Shown in pieces: positions 24,161 to 37,589 of a stretch of DNA of 64,000 bases. The notes below the pieces were generated by a model. It searched no databases and was not told where the DNA came from. It saw only the letters and a program-made list of their open reading frames with translations. The DNA comes from Octopus bimaculoides (taxonomy: Eukaryota): assembly GCF_001194135.2 (NCBI RefSeq), contig NC_068987.1, positions 100,581,371 to 100,645,370 on the forward strand, written 5' to 3'. The position numbers and the translations under genes are program-made. Numbering within the stretch: position 1 is the first letter of the stretch; each line of letters begins with the position of its first letter.

Positions 24161-27036
24161 CTAAAACTTAGTGCTCGTGCAAAATAAGGTTCAAGATCAA
24201 TCGTTGCCTAGCAGCTTTACGTTGAATGCTTTAGCTTCGTTACTATGGCAAAAGTCAGGATACTTATTGATCAGACCTCATATATGTTTGGGCAATCATA
24301 TATTATCACGTTGTAAACATCTTGTTTCCAAATATCCACTCTCTTCCTCCCTCCCATTCCCTGTCTCTCACTCAGTTTCTCACTCCCTCTCTTCCACTGT
24401 TTTTTTTCTGTCTGTGTGTCGTTCATTCCTTAAAATGATTAACGCTTTAATGTCATCGTCTAATTTATCTATCTCTGCTTATAATGAAAATGACGATGGT
24501 AGTGTTTGATTTGTTGTTGACAATCGTATTTTCGTTGGTGCTTTTTACATTTTCTAATGCAATTGATGTTGGTGATGTGCTTCAACTACTTATGGGTAAT
24601 GTCCGTAGACTCCTTCTATTTTTAATGAACATTGGGAATTGTCTCAGCCACGAATCAACGAAATGGCACAACTTTGTTGGTAATTCCATGCGTGTTTCTG
24701 CAGAAGTTAGATATTTTTTAGGCGACGAACTTCTATAAATTGAGAGTGAAAAAGTGCTTTCTCGTAACAACATACGACAAGCAAATCTCTTTGACACCCA
24801 ACATAGATAGCAATCAACAATATAGCGTGAGTGTATGTATGCGAAGTGTGGTTTTGTCACTTTGTGCACAAGAATTGACAACATTAACATTTCTATTGTC
24901 AGCCACTTAAGTAAGAGTCACACGTACTTCAATAGCTTTGGCACATTTAAGCTGTGAAATATTCAGTGGTCTAACGCTGGCAAACGTTCACACTTAGCTC
25001 GAGATAAATAAAAATGACGGATGAATGGATAGGACATTGCTAAAGGTGTGAATCACATCGTAAATTATAAACTGGTCGGATTAGATTTCTGTAGGTAAAT
25101 TTCGCTGCTTCAATCTCTGCAACAATCATGCTTCCGAAAAAAAAAACCATTGATCATGTTCTGTTTGAAAGTCACTTAGAACAAATTTATAACAAAAGCA
25201 AGAAAAAATCAATAAAACTAATTTCATTCTCTATTACATTGAGCCACTGGGACGCCTGTAACGACTTTAGCTTTGCATACGAGCCAAAGTTGTCTATAAC
25301 CCCTACCAGAAATGACTGCAAATTATCAGTCAAAACACACCTTTCTATATTACAAAACGAAGCAACACTATTATTTACTATAAAGTAAACATCCTGAAAA
25401 AAGAAGTCAGTGTGGTTACAACTTTGATCACAAAAAAGTTTAACCCAACTTTTGATCAAAGCCTACTGGTCAGTATTGAACATCACCAGCACAAATCATC
25501 ATTATGTACTGATATAAGCATTAATATGTTGTTATGATTCTACAATGTCTTATTGAGAGAATATTCCCATTTAACATTTCAAACTAACAAACCACTCGTC
25601 ATTTATACAATAACTCCATTAATTATGTTGACTGATGAGATTTTTTTTCATTTACGTTAATGAAACTAATAAAATAGATGGTTAAAAACCGGTTAGTCTG
25701 AGATTGTGACTTAAATTATACACGACGAAATAGTATTATTTATTAGGTTTTCTGATCAATAAATAATTGTTTCAATTGACCGAACACAAATGGATTATGG
25801 GGTGGTCGATTCTATAAACTAGAATACTACTTCTATATATTTGCTCTAATCGCATATATCGCTAACACACACACACATACATAAACACACACCCGCACAC
25901 ACACACACACACACACACACGTGTGTATATATGTATATATGTATGTATATATGTGTCTGTACACACTCACCCACACACACACACATACACATAAATGTAT
26001 ATGTATATAAGTGAATCACAGAGAGTGAGATACATCGTTGGTTACAATACGCTTAGTTGCATTGTTGTACCTTTCAAATGATTCGGTCCGATTGGTTAAG
26101 CCAGATGGCCAACATTTCTCCTGTACGGAAAACCAGCCCGTCGCAGGTATACCCATTTGAATGTGGGTGGCTTGGACTAGTGAGAAATGAAATGTTTTGC
26201 TCAAAAATACAGCGCACTGCTGGTCTGAGAAGTGAAATCACGATCTCCACTAGGTCTCTCTCCTTTTCTCTCTCCTTTTCTCTCTCCTTATCTCTCTCTC
26301 TTATACACACACATACATACATACATACATACATACATACATACATACATACATACATACATACGTACATACATGGATTTGATGTGTGTGAGAGAAAAAC
26401 ATTTCTTTGTATGTAACTCTGTCTTCTCCCATTTTCGTGCTCTTCATTGAAAGCGTTGCTATATCATCTCTACCTCTTCTATTTCATTTATCGCTTTCTC
26501 ATTGTGTCCTTTATCTCTCCTACGCTAATAGTATCGATACGTTTAACACTTCAATTGTTTAGTGTTATTATTTTCTCGCCTAAACCGTGTTTTGTCGTAA
26601 TCTAATGTTTCTAAGGGGGCGTATTGAAACAACTGAAAGAAATGTTAAAACTACGTTCTACTGATACCTTCATTTTTGTATTCTGAATTTTCCAACATTT
26701 TACTGTAACTCATTCTCTCCTTATCATCATCTTTTTAGTTTCTGTGTCAGTTCTTAATTCATTTTAATTAATAGCAGTAAGAAGTCGACGTTATGGATTG
26801 CGAATTGTATTTGCAGTTATCAAATATAATTTTCCTTTTAATCATTAATAGAAATGCTACTGAATGTTGATGTAAAGCTATTTCAAATAGAGATGTGTTT
26901 AAGAATTAAAAGAAAGACTAGTGATTACATTGCCTTGCTTAGTATATATTTTGAAGTCAAGCATTTTATTCATTCTTCATGGGCATCAAATTTAAATGTT
27001 CATATGATTTGTATTGCAAATCGTCACCACGTAACA

Positions 27037-28584
27037 TATTGGGTTGGCCAAAATGTCCGTTCATTTTTAAGCGAAACTGAAACGTTTCTATCACAAATGT
27101 ACTATTTAAACATTGATATAATTANNNNNNNNNNNNNNNNNNNNNNNNNNNNNNNNNNNNNNNNNNNNNNNNNNNNNNNNNNNNNNNNNNNNNNNNNNNN
27201 NNNNNNNNNNNNNNNNNNNNNNNNNNNNNNNNNNNNNNNNNNNNNNNNNNNNNNNNNNNNNNNNNNNNNNNNNNNNNNNNNNNNNNNNNNNNNNNNNNNN
27301 NNNNNNNNNNNNNNNNNNNNNNNNNNNNNNNNNNNNNNNNNNNNNNNNNNNNNNNNNNNNNNNNNNNNNNNNNNNNNNNNNNNNNNNNNNNNNNNNNNNN
27401 NNNNNNNNNNNNNNNNNNNNNNNNNNNNNNNNNNNNNNNNNNNNNNNNNNNNNNNNNNNNNNNNNNNNNNNNNNNNNNNNNNNNNNNNNNNNNNNNNNNN
27501 NNNNNNNNNNNNNNNNNNNNNNNNNNNNNNNNNNNNNNNNNNNNNNNNNNNNNNNNNNNNNNNNNNNNNNNNNNNNNNNNNNNNNNNNNNNNNNACGAAT
27601 TTTTTTCCCAACCAAGCTCTTCGATCTTTTGTGATGTGATCTTTGCAGTGTGGTGTCGCGCATTGTCCTGATGAAACATTACTCCTTTTCGATTCACTAA
27701 AGTGGGTCTTTTTTTCTTCAAAGCTTGGTTCAAACGCTCTAATTGCTGACAGTAGACTTGAGCATAGATTGCTGCATTAGGTGGTAACAATTCAAAATTA
27801 TTTACTCCTTTGCAATCCCACCAGATAGAGAGAAGAACCTCTTTTCCATGAAGTTCCCTTCTCGGTTGTTGTTGAGCTTTTCCCTTTTACCAAGCCATTC
27901 TTTACGACGTTTAACCTTTCGATAGAAAATCCATTTTTGGTCACCAGTCAAAAGTCTGTCCAAAAAGGTTGAAATGGGTTCGCGAGAATAGAGCGATGAG
28001 CAGATGTCAACTCGGGATTTTCGGTTGCTTTCGGACAATTCATGAGTCATCCATTTTCCAAGTTTAGGAATCTTTCCATGTTGTTGAAGATGACGATGAA
28101 CAGTTGTATGGTTTGAACTAAGCTTTATTGCCAATTCTTCAACTGATAATGCAGGATTTGCTTCAAGTAATACCTCAAAGAGGTTATCATGAAACACAAC
28201 TGGACGTCCTGTTTGATCTTCAAATTTATGGCTGAAATCTCCACTTCTAAATTTTGCAAACCATCTTCTGCAACTTCTTTCATTCAAGCATTCTTTCCCA
28301 TACACTGAGTGTATGTTTCGTGTCGCGTAGTCTGCAGAGTTTTCTTTTTTGTACTATAAAGCATTGTATGCCTTAAATGCTTTTTGGATACTTCCATGTT
28401 AGAAAGGGTTTTAATCAAAAAAATGTTAAATCTATTATTCTGTAAAATAATATTTAATTAGTTTAAATGTACAGAAATGCATAAAAAATAATATTTAATT
28501 TCATTAGGCATTCTAAAATACTACCCAATTTTATTCAATTTTATAACAGGTAAAATCGGACAGAACTTATGGGATGACCTGATA
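27037..28584 (-). mobile_element. Mariner element (cecropia/Hsmar1-like) with both termini and TA flanks; C-terminus lies in gap
   Basis: ATG at 28397; MEVSK..LRH.ML.Y; CRRWFAKFRSGDFS; FLDRLLTGDQKWIFY; YCQQLERLNQALKKKRPTLVNRKGVMFHQDNAR.HTA. Ends TA-TTGGGTTGGCCAAAA and GAACTTATGGGATGACCTGA-TA (imperfect TIRs). Confidence 0.9.
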
Positions 28585-28634
28585 CGTCGGGCGAACATGG
28601 ACGGTGCGACTGAACTTCACACTCAAGCCTCAGT

Positions 28635-29150
28635 TTACTCCTGTAATGTCTGCAAACAACTGGTCTCTCTAGCATTGTGGTTATTATAGAAATTGCCCTT
28701 ACAGTTAGCAAGTACTAACCACTTCTGGTGGATCATTGTATTTGATTTTTCCAGTTGGTCACAGTACACATCCGAATTGATGCGTATGTCCGTGAAAAGA
28801 AGCCCATAAATGACAATACTCACGAAATCTCACCAAATTAAAAGCAGTAATTTCTTCGGGTGAAGTGCTACTTTAAAGGTGGCTTGCACTTGACAGTTTT
28901 ATAGACGATCTGATATATGTCCCTTAACCATTCTCTCCAAAATCAGTTTTTCTACAGCGAAACGCTGGTGGAATTTTGTTGGTAGTGATTACCCTCATTC
29001 AGCTGATACCGAGTCAAAATCGCGACTGTGGATGCAATCAAATTGATGCAGACAGTTTTAACACTTGATTTGGATTTTTGGAGAATATCTGCAACCATCC
29101 TTGTCATAAAATAATTGTTGGGGGTCTTCTAAACCCTTTGATTTTACTGT
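28635..29150 (-). mobile_element. Decayed mariner transposase fragment
   Basis: LHPKKLLLLIW.D...IVIYGLL...INSDVYCDQLEK...LANCKG.FY.HNAR.TS.LQT.Q. Confidence 0.7.
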
Positions 29151-29377
29151 AATTAATCTCAGTTGGCGGACAATAGTGAGGTGAATTTGAACTGAAAATC
29201 TTTCCGTGGACTGAGACAAATTCATATGTAGTCGAGTTAATCTTTCAACGCCGCACTTCTTGATCGAAACAAAAAAATTAGCGAATATTTTGTCTAATTT
29301 CTACATACACACACAGGGACATAAACACACACACACACACACAGATGCATACATATAAACATACACACATGCACACA

Positions 29378-29408
<31 letters not shown>

Positions 29409-30187
29409 CNNNNNNNNNNNNNNNNNNNNNNNNNNNNNNNNNNNNNNNNNNNNNNNNNNNNNNNNNNNNNNNNNNNNNNNNNNNNNNNNNNNNNNNNNNN
29501 NNNNNNNNNNNNNNNNNNNNNNNNNNNNNNNNNNNNATATATATATGCATGTATGTATATATATGTATACACATACTTGATACATATTTCACATTTCAGT
29601 CGATACATTAAGTATACTTGGAACATTTAATAATACACACGAACATCCTGATACACAGTGAGGCTAAAGATTTGGGAGAAGACATATTCGTGGAGTAACG
29701 AATTGCGGTCAATAAAAACGATTATATACAACGCTGTCAAATGAGAAATAAAAGAGTGATAGGATCAACTTGTTAACGGATTTGGTAAAGTCACTGTCGT
29801 GGAATGAGACAAATTCATGCGTAGTCGAGTTAATCTCTCAACGCCACAGTACCTGGTCGAAACAAAATAATTTTGTTTCAATTGTATTTGGTCATTACGA
29901 TAGAAATATTGACCTTCCGCCAAATATAAAAGCTTAATACTTATTAATTCTTTGCGAAACTCAATAGTTCGTGGCTAATGCGTAATTTCTTAGAATATTG
30001 CAATTTAAATAACGACTATACAATATCACGTATATATCGAAGAACAACAAAAATCCACCCAGACTCATATATACAAAAGTACATGCGCGCGCAGACGCAC
30101 ACACACAAACATCATATATATTCATATTTAGATCTACCTACATATCTATTTCTCTCTCTCTGTCTTGCTCTCTCTCTCTCCCCCCCC

Positions 30188-30219
<32 letters not shown>

Positions 30220-30423
30220 ATTAACATAATATGGTAAAAAATCGATATTAATTAATATTAATTTAATACCAGGAAACTAGCACATTAAAAGGATCAGAAG
30301 GTTCTTGAAAAATATTTTGGAGATCCTACAAAGATTATAGTACTTGTGTATATAAGATTGACCAGTGACCGATATGTATATAGATAGATAGATATACCTG
30401 CATACATATATTCATACAAATAT

Positions 30424-30516
30424 ATCAAGAACACAACACATCCCGGTCAAGGATTTGAACTCACTAACTCACAAATATGAAGCCGACACGCTAACCATTG
30501 AGCCATGCTCCTTCAC
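30424..30516 (-). mobile_element. tRNA-derived SINE head (third family), truncated
   Basis: Reverse complement GTGAAGGAGCATGGCTCAATGGTTAG (A box)...GTGAGTTCAAATCC (B box), followed by GTGTTGTGTTCTTGA. Confidence 0.7.
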
Positions 30517-30650
30517 ATATATCTATGTATGCATCTGTATATTTGTGTACTAACATGAATAATACAAGTACATTAACTTACATTCATTCATACATGCATA
30601 CACATGCATAAATATTTATATTTATCTATACATTTCGCTCTCACTCTCTT

Positions 30651-30707
<57 letters not shown>

Positions 30708-31464
30708 AACTCTCAGTATATATACATACATTTATATATATANNNNNNNNNNNNNNNNNNNNNNNNNNNNNNNNNNNNNNNNNNNNNNNNNNNNNNNNNN
30801 NNNNNNNNNNNNNNNNNNNNNNNNNNNNNNNNNNNNNNNNNNNNNNNNNNNATATATATATATATATATTTAGATATATCTATATCTGTACGTTCGTATG
30901 TACACACACACATACACATACACATATATGTGTGCATGTATGTATGTATGTATGTATGTATACATACCTCGAGCATAGCATACGTTTATGAAGGGACAAT
31001 ATTTTTGGTACATCAAATAACTTTTCCAATAATCCCGCGTAGCCTCAGTATCGCTTAGTAAATTTGATCTTCGTTTTGCCATATCGCTGAAGTAGTAGCT
31101 TTATCAACCATACAGCAGATGTGAAGATAATATATTGCCAAACCTCTTGATATTTAATCCATTCATCTTTAGACTCTCAACAGGATCCACAGGGATTATA
31201 AATCCCGATGTTCTTATCTTTTAGTCAACTCTCAACGTCCATGTATCATCGTTATCCCTGAAGAAGCGGCAGCAACAGCTATAAAGGCAGTCGCATAAGC
31301 AACAACTGTTGCAACAGAAACATCATCAGCATCTATATCATCTCACTCAACATCATCATCATCATCCTCCTCATCATCATCATCATCATCAGCAGCAGCA
31401 TTGAGAGCAGTTGCTACAATGATGGTGGCTGTAGTATTATTAGTCTTCATGCAAGGTGTTGAGC

Positions 31465-31660
31465 TGGCAGAATCGATAGCCGCCGGGCAGAATGCTCAGT
31501 ACCGTTTCGTTCATCTTTATGTTTTGAGTTCAAAGTCTTTAGAGGTCGACATCACCTTTTATTCTTTCGGGGTCGCTAAAATTATTACCAGTGATGTACT
31601 GGGGTCGATCTGATCAACTTGTAGATTCCCCTAATTTTCGGTCTTTGTGCCTAAAATGCA
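31465..31660 (-). mobile_element. Headless module copy
   Basis: GAGTTCAAA...GAGGTCGAC...TTCGGGGTCG...GTACTGGGGTCGAT is the reverse complement of the family core. Confidence 0.7.
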
Positions 31661-31727
31661 ATGGATTATTAAGTTATTACTGTTAATGTCTATTCACGTG
31701 AAATTCACGCCGAATTTATAAATAACG

Positions 31728-31758
<31 letters not shown>

Positions 31759-32069
31759 TAATAATAATAATGAACAGTGCTCAGGTGAACTCCAACACAA
31801 AAAGAGTAAAAATAAAAACAGGGGCGGTGGTATCAGGTGTACCGTTAGTGTATTTCAGGAATCATCGAAGTTTTGAAGAATGTAGTGCTTCGACAGTGAA
31901 CAACTGAGGAAGCATGGAATAGTTTACTCCATGCTTCAACAATCCTGAGCGTGAAAAATATTTCCGAAGGTCATGGATGCTATTTGTTCATTGTGTCAAC
32001 ATATCCATAAGGGATTGACATATACAACTTAAAAACGGGCCTATTGGAAATTTTTGCGCTACTTTTGCT

Positions 32070-32726
32070 AGTCACGGTTGTTCCCCAACTGTGAAAACGA
32101 ATATATTCACAGACACGACACAGCTGGGACCTATATACACTGGACGCTATGCCAACACTATGGAATAACAACAGAAAAAACATGGTATAAACACACGCCA
32201 GAAAAGGTCACAGAAAACGAGAAAGCAACTATACTCTGGGATATGCCAATACACACAGATAGAGAAATTAAGGCCAATAGACCAGATATAGTTGTCAAAG
32301 ATCATGAAGGAAGAAAATGCTTTCTAATTAATGTATCAATACCAGCAGATGACAACGTTTCCCTNNNNNNNNNNNNNNNNNNNNNNNNNNNNNNNNNNNN
32401 NNNNNNNNNNNNNNNNNNNNNNNNNNNNNNNNNNNNNNNNNNNNNNNNNNNNNNNNNNNNNNNNNNNNNNNNNNNNNNNNNNNNNNNNNNNNNNNNNNNN
32501 NNNNNNNNNNNNNNNNNNNNNNNNNNNNNNNNNNAAAAAGATCAGGACTTACAAATATGTATAAAATGCAGAAAATTGCACTACTGGGCACTGCACACAT
32601 CCTACGCAAATCACTTTCAATACAGTAACCATAAGAGCATCACAACAAGCCACAGTACATGCCCAAGGTACACAGAGCTGCGCTCGGTAGTGAAGTGAAA
32701 GCACGTTACGAAAATAAAACTACTGA

Positions 32727-32727
<1 letters not shown>
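32070..32727 (+). mobile_element. R4/Dong-like subfamily A 3' end (RHD motif to RLE to 3' UTR), interrupted by gap
   Basis: EYIHRHDTAGTYIHWTLCQHYG...ILWDMPIHTDREIKANRPDIVVKD...CFLINVSIPADDNVS; closely similar to 1019-1585; ends in (TAA)n. Confidence 0.92.
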
Positions 32728-32760
<33 letters not shown>

Positions 32761-32766
32761 CAATAT

Positions 32767-32870
32767 CGAAAACATACCTTAAGAATGAGAATCAATATCA
32801 GCCGAAACGTTGTGTTAACAACAAAAAAGATGAAGACATATATTCGTCAAATGTAAACAATATAAATAAC
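32767..32870 (+). mobile_element. Second copy of the hammerhead-SINE body with internal deletion
   Basis: ATACCTTAAGAATGAGAATC...ATATCAGCCGAAACGTTGTGTTAACAACAAA..GATGA.GACA.ATAT.CGTCAAATGTAAA matches the reverse complement of 2165-2300. Confidence 0.8.
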
Positions 32871-35800
32871 GTATTAAAATCACAAGTCAAATATGTTCGG
32901 ACTCTGCCAAAGTACGTGCTGTAAGATTGAATCATTTTGCGCGTATCTCTGGTTTTCTTCCCTGGAACTACTTCCGAAATGTTTGTCGTAAACTTATAGT
33001 ACTCGCTCGGTAGCATTATCAACAAGGGATTTCTGGAAATTATTCATGATCATCTCTTTCTCGTAAGTCCTCCGAAACAAACCAGTCGTTCGCTTTTGTC
33101 GACACTGCAGTTTGCTCGAGAACGTCATTTCTCTGACCTCTAAAGATCTATTTATGTTACTAATGCTGACCTTCCACCAATCGAGCACATAGACCAACCA
33201 GTAAGGGGTGAAGAGTGCCTGATGATATTCTAAGTCGAAGACGATCACTTTTTATAGCCCCATGAATGCAATTCTATCAAAGAGATAAGCTGCTGGAAAA
33301 CGTGTTTTACAACCGAAGTCCACAATTGCTCACCACCTAAAAATATATTTAGGCGACATAGCCTCAACGCGTGTCTACGTATAAGTGGCCACGGCATGTT
33401 CAGCTTGCCTTCCAAAAGCACTGTGACAGATGGAATGTATGAGCATTAGAACACAACCGTTTCACAGGAAGCGCAAAATTTGACGCTCGAAATTGGTCTA
33501 ATTTGGAGTAGAGAAAGTTACAATGATTTGCCGGTATTTATCACGGTAACAGTTTAGGCATTCTCCATCACTTCTCGACATTTCCCGAATAATGTCCTCT
33601 TGGAACATTATCTTAATGTCGCTAATCCCCCTTGCTCCTAATCTTGTTCAAATTTACCGAACAATTGACGAACAATTGAGATGGTTCAGCGATCTAATCT
33701 GCTGTTAAACGGCATAGATGTTGTCCCACATGGTGCTGAAACTCAAATGCACCATCTTTGCTTTTTCCATAGCTTTATATTCATTTCGATAGAATTCGAT
33801 GACTTGTATTCCTATGGCGTCCAATACCATTACGAAGTCTGCCACTTGATACGCAAACACAGCTCTCTCGCGTCCCAGCTGGAAAAAGATGACCCTGAAG
33901 AGTTCTTGCTTCCGCTATTATAGTTCGGATGCTAGTACGTATACAGAAATATGGAGGTAGGAGATTGTTATGGCCTGCTGGGTACGCGAGGAGAAACAGT
34001 TCCGGGAGGTGGCTCTTCACTTTGCCCACCGAGAAAGCCCCAAATTGCATTGCAGTGATCGAGCGTCTGCTTACCTGTCTATGAAAAGTTCTTTTGGGGA
34101 TTATTGCCAGGTAGTAATCCTGTCCCTGTCGAAATATTTCGATTAATCAAAAGCTTACGACGACTAAATTAAACCCGGCGAGAAACCGTCAATCACAATA
34201 CCAAGTGCCTCAGTTGCAGAACAAAAGAGATATCAACAAAACACAAAAGATGTCATGGGTTCGTAACGGATTTTATCTCTCCATCCTCCACCTCTTGGAG
34301 GGCTTATATCTAAATTATTACTTTTTTTGTTATAAGCGCAGTGAGTTCGTATCATGGGTTGATTACATTAGAGGATTCCACTTTCGGGATTTCTTATCTA
34401 TCTTGTTGGCATTAGAATAATTAATACCATCATTGAACATGAGTGGGTTTGAAGTTAGTATGTAAAAGGATATTAGAAACTACAGTATCGTGGTATTTTG
34501 TTCTGCAGTCTAATTATTCTATAAGTTGACGAAATTATTAGCAAGTTTTATAAGCTTATGTAAATGCGCATGTATAGTCAATCGTATTTATCACAATAAC
34601 GGTTGCAGCAATTGTAATGTTGGTGTATATGGGCGCGATTAAAATGGGAGCAGTCCTGGGCCTATAAGTGAGATTAATGCTCGATAATTGGTGCTGATGT
34701 TAGTGGTAGAGCTAGATATTTATTTTATAGCTGCAGAATTTTATCAATTTGTTTGGGAAAAGAAAATTATTCGCTTCGTACTCGCAGAACATGATATCAG
34801 TAACAGAGGTGGGTACAATAGATCAATAATATTTGCAGCAATGGTGGTGGGAGATACAAGTGTATCGGATGAAAAACATTTCATCGGTAACCAATCTGAA
34901 ATTTTTACCACACAAATTTATGTCATAGAATATACATGAAGCAAATCGCGCCGCTATTTCTGTTGTGTCAAAATTTCTATGGCTTTTCACTTGTTGCTGA
35001 GTAAAATTTTCCTAGATTACTGTGAAGTAGTTTTCGAAATTAAATTTAACTTCACCAGTTTCAATCAACAAAGCAACTATAAAAGGACCTCTATAATTTT
35101 GTGATAAGAACGTATGCAAAACGTAACCATAATCAAATTAAAATAATATCGATGAACAGAATGTTTAGTTATATACACAATTTGATTAGCTTTAAATCAT
35201 TGCTTTCTATGAAGTTCAGTATAATAATAAATGATACAATTACCAAACGGAAGAACTCAGATTAGAGAGAGAGTTAACTTAAATACCTTTGATTAGCTTT
35301 ACATTTGATAATCCATTTTATTTTTCGTGTTTATCTGACAATGTTATTAATTTCTCATAAATATAATATAAAATTCAAAGCGTATTCACCAACCAATTAT
35401 GAGTGTTTCCATTGAGTCACAACCAGTAAACTGTGTACATTGTTGTAACTCCTCACATTTGTAGTCACGTTATCTGTGTTATCTTTTTATATATGAGTGA
35501 ATACTGACTCTGTTATTCGCGTTTGTTAATAATTTATGACATATGTGTGTCTGTTTTGTCTGTACAAGGCAAGAGGGAAAATTATAGGTCAGTGGTGTTT
35601 GTTATTTGAAGAATGAAACAATACATTTCTCATTTATTGAACTGAGATACCAAATGATTGATGATATTGATCCAAGCAGTGAGCAGATCGTTGTTTCCCA
35701 AAGCAATACAATTCCATCGAGAGCTGAGGTTTGATAATCATACTTCGAAATTTACACACATTTAATTTTTCCTTCAGAATATTTCTTGATGTACTGTGAT

Positions 35801-37589
35801 TTCTATTTCCAATGGTTAACGTCACCGCCTTTCTGTTATGAAGCATTTCATTTCTGTGTACTTCTTACAGAAATGCCCTTTATGTGTTGATTTTAGTACC
35901 ATTGTCTCCCATTGTTTATTTCGCAATTATTTAGGAGTGGCTAAATATAGACTTTGTTTCTCATTCTATTCTAACGTTAAAATTCTCTGAAGTTTTCTAT
36001 GTCACTATATGTTTGCAACGATTCGGAGTTTGTCGGTTACAGCTAAGTCGGTTAGAAATATTTTAATTAAAATACTAAAACACTTATTTGAATAAATGAA
36101 TATAGTAATAAATAGAATTGAGAGAATATTTAAACAATAATAGACGGAACACCTAGTGTGTCACGTGCCAACAATGACAGCTTTGATGGTATAAGGTCAA
36201 TTCTGAAAGAAAAAAAAGCGGAAATGTGGAAATATCTCAAGATTAAAGGATGAATATATGTTTATTGAATAATAAATGCACGGGAATTCAATAATGTTCA
36301 ATTATTAAATTATTCAATAAGAAATGCACATGTTTATGGACTGCACATATGTATACACTCCTCACATATATGCATATATATATATATATATATATATATA
36401 NNNNNNNNNNNNNNNNNNNNNNNNNNNNNNNNNNNNNNNNNNNNNNNNNNNNNNNNNNNNNNNNNNNNNNNNNNNNNNNNNNNNNNNNNNNNNNNNNNNN
36501 NNNNNNNNNNNNNNNNNNNNNNNNNNNNNNNNNNNNNNNNNNNNNNNNNNNNNNNNNNNNNNNNNNNNNNNNNNNNNNNNNNNNNNNNNNNNNNNNNNNN
36601 NNNNNNNNNNNNNNNNNNNNNNNNNNNNNNNNNNNNNNNNNNNNNNNNNNNNNNNNNNNNNNNNNNNNNNNNNNNNNNNNNNNNNNNNNNNNNNNNNNNN
36701 NNNNNNNNNNNNNNNNNNNNNNNNNNNNNNNNNNNNNNNNNNNNNNNNNNNNNNNNNNNNNNNNNNNNNNNNNNNNNNNNNNNNNNNNNNNNNNNNNNNN
36801 NNNNNNNNNNNNNNNNNNNNNNNNNNNNNNNNNNNNNNNNNNNNNNNNNNNNNNNNNNNNNNNNNNNNNNNNNNNNNNNNNNNNNNNNNNNNNNNNNNNN
36901 NNNNNNNNNNNNNNNNNNNNNNNNNNNNNNNNNNNNNNNNNNNNNNNNNNNNNNNNNNNNNNNNNNNNNNNNNNNNNNNNNNNNNNNNNNNNNNNNNNNN
37001 NNNNNNNNNNNNNNNNNNNNNNNNNNNNNNNNNNNNNNNNNNNNNNNNNNNNNNNNNNNNNNNNNNNNNNNNNNNNNNNNNNNNNNNNNNNNNNNNNNNN
37101 NNNNNNNNNNNNNNNNNNNNNNNNNNNNNNNNNNNNNNNNNNNNNNNNNNNNNNNNNNNNNNNNNNNNNNNNNNNNNNNNNNNNNNNNNNNNNNNNNNNN
37201 NNNNNNNNNNNNNNNNNNNNNNNNNNNNNNNNNNNNNNNNNNNNNNNNNNNNNNNNNNNNNNNNNNNNNNNNNNNNNNNNNNNNNNNNNNNNNNNNNNNN
37301 NNNNNNNNNNNNNNNNTATATATATATATATTTATGTGTGTGTATATATGAATGTGTGTATGTATATATGTATGTATGTATGTATGCTTGTATATATATA
37401 TATATATAAGTATGCATGTGTGTATATGTGTGCGTGCGTGAGTGTGAGCACGTAAGTATATTTGTGTATGCATATATATTGTAAGAAAGCGTGAAACATT
37501 AATATTAGTTATCGATATATGTATATAAAGAACAATAAAACGATGCAATATAATATAATTAATATTGATAATTACTTTGGAATGATGGC

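Noticed and set aside
26057-26250. Exon-like GC-richer segment with candidate splice signals on both strands
   Set aside because: Donors are weak and the peptides unrecognisable; it cannot be supported without transcript data.
32900-33900. Possible Tc1/DD41D-like transposase relic on the minus strand (also weak hints at 12610-12830 and 13870-14100)
   Set aside because: Only scattered 3-5 residue resemblances (IEFY, GKFE, NF.K); no catalytic motif or TIR could be confirmed by eye.
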